Source: Naegleria gruberi
Lineage: Eukaryota
DNA: 6,720 bases
Strand: one strand, 5' to 3'
Assembly (NCBI GenBank): GCA_000004985.1
Contig: GG739095.1
Below are positions 6,522 through 6,720 of this stretch, one piece after another; the stretch's first letter is position 1; each line of letters begins with the position of its first letter. The notes beneath the pieces are model-generated. The model was given only the letters and a program-made list of their open reading frames with translations, was not told the origin of the DNA and ran no database searches. Made by a program: the position numbers and the translations under genes.

Positions 6522-6720
6522 CAGATGTAATAATTTAAATATTTTCTACCTGCATTTAAAACAACAAGAGTAGTACCATGTACAATACCTTGTGGACCAA
6601 TATAACAATAACTACCAGCAGTCATTTGACCATAAATAGTATTACCTAAAGCATATAATCTTTCATAATCATCACGTGATGAATAATTAGGTACAACTAA
6701 TCCATTTGTAATAATACAAC
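6522..6720 (-). CDS. uroc1: Urocanate hydratase (urocanase), upstream exon; the 5' part lies beyond the window end
   Basis: Seen in sequence, minus strand: CIITNGLVVPNYSSRDDYERLYALGNTIYGQMTAGSYCYIGPQGIVHGTTLVVLNAGRKYL... From established knowledge, this matches the urocanase block (VPN[WY]S..D...L...G...YGQMTAGSW.YIG.QGI.QGT....A.R.HY). As assembled, the frame then reads NYYIW and stops (TAG) at the intron donor. Confidence 0.8.

Noticed and set aside
6421-6549. Alternative urocanase donor GTAGAA at 6548-6549, which gives an in-frame junction (LNAG|LGGMSGAQ)
   Set aside because: It would splice out the conserved AGRKYL block and the beta-strand that precedes the glycine loop. The donor is also weak. 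A single-base homopolymer error combined with the GTAGGT donor is the more parsimonious explanation.
1-6720. Prokaryotic-style features (operons, CRISPR arrays, defence islands, RBS or terminators)
   Set aside because: The sequence has spliceosomal GT-AG introns, AAAAAATG start contexts and poly-Asn tracts, which make it eukaryotic. No direct-repeat and spacer arrays are present.

Overview
This window is an AT-rich eukaryotic nuclear segment, most consistent with a dictyostelid social amoeba. The evidence is A-rich AAAAAATG start contexts, poly-Asn/Thr codon tracts, coding GC of about 25-30%, and short, almost pure A/T spliceosomal introns with GT..AG ends. It is not prokaryotic, so operon, CRISPR or defence-island logic does not apply, and I see no exotic system in the unmasked bases. 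About 37% of the window (1525-2714 and 4112-5391) is masked as N, so nothing can be said there. Three genes are supportable.

- **F-box ORF 1 (1097-1276, +):** a short ORF with a clear F-box motif. It is followed by coding-like sequence in the same frame that is interrupted by several stop codons, so it is a probable decaying paralogue.
- **F-box ORF 2 (3021 into the gap at 4112, +):** an F-box followed by a leucine-rich-repeat-like body. The F-box part and the LRR part sit in different frames with no visible intron joining them.
- **Urocanase gene (minus strand):** a multi-exon urocanate hydratase (HutU/UROC1 family). Three exons are visible (6720-6522, 6420-5832, 5701-5392), split by two A/T-only introns. 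It converges on the F-box/LRR gene, and both 3' ends are lost in the second N block.

Each of the three genes has a reading-frame inconsistency. Two of them could be repaired by a single-base change in a homopolymer run, so draft-assembly indel errors are as likely an explanation as pseudogenisation. Smaller observations are a 14-bp perfect palindrome, small tandem repeats, a 16-mer shared between the two urocanase introns, and a possible C-terminal coding tail of an upstream gene at 6-218.
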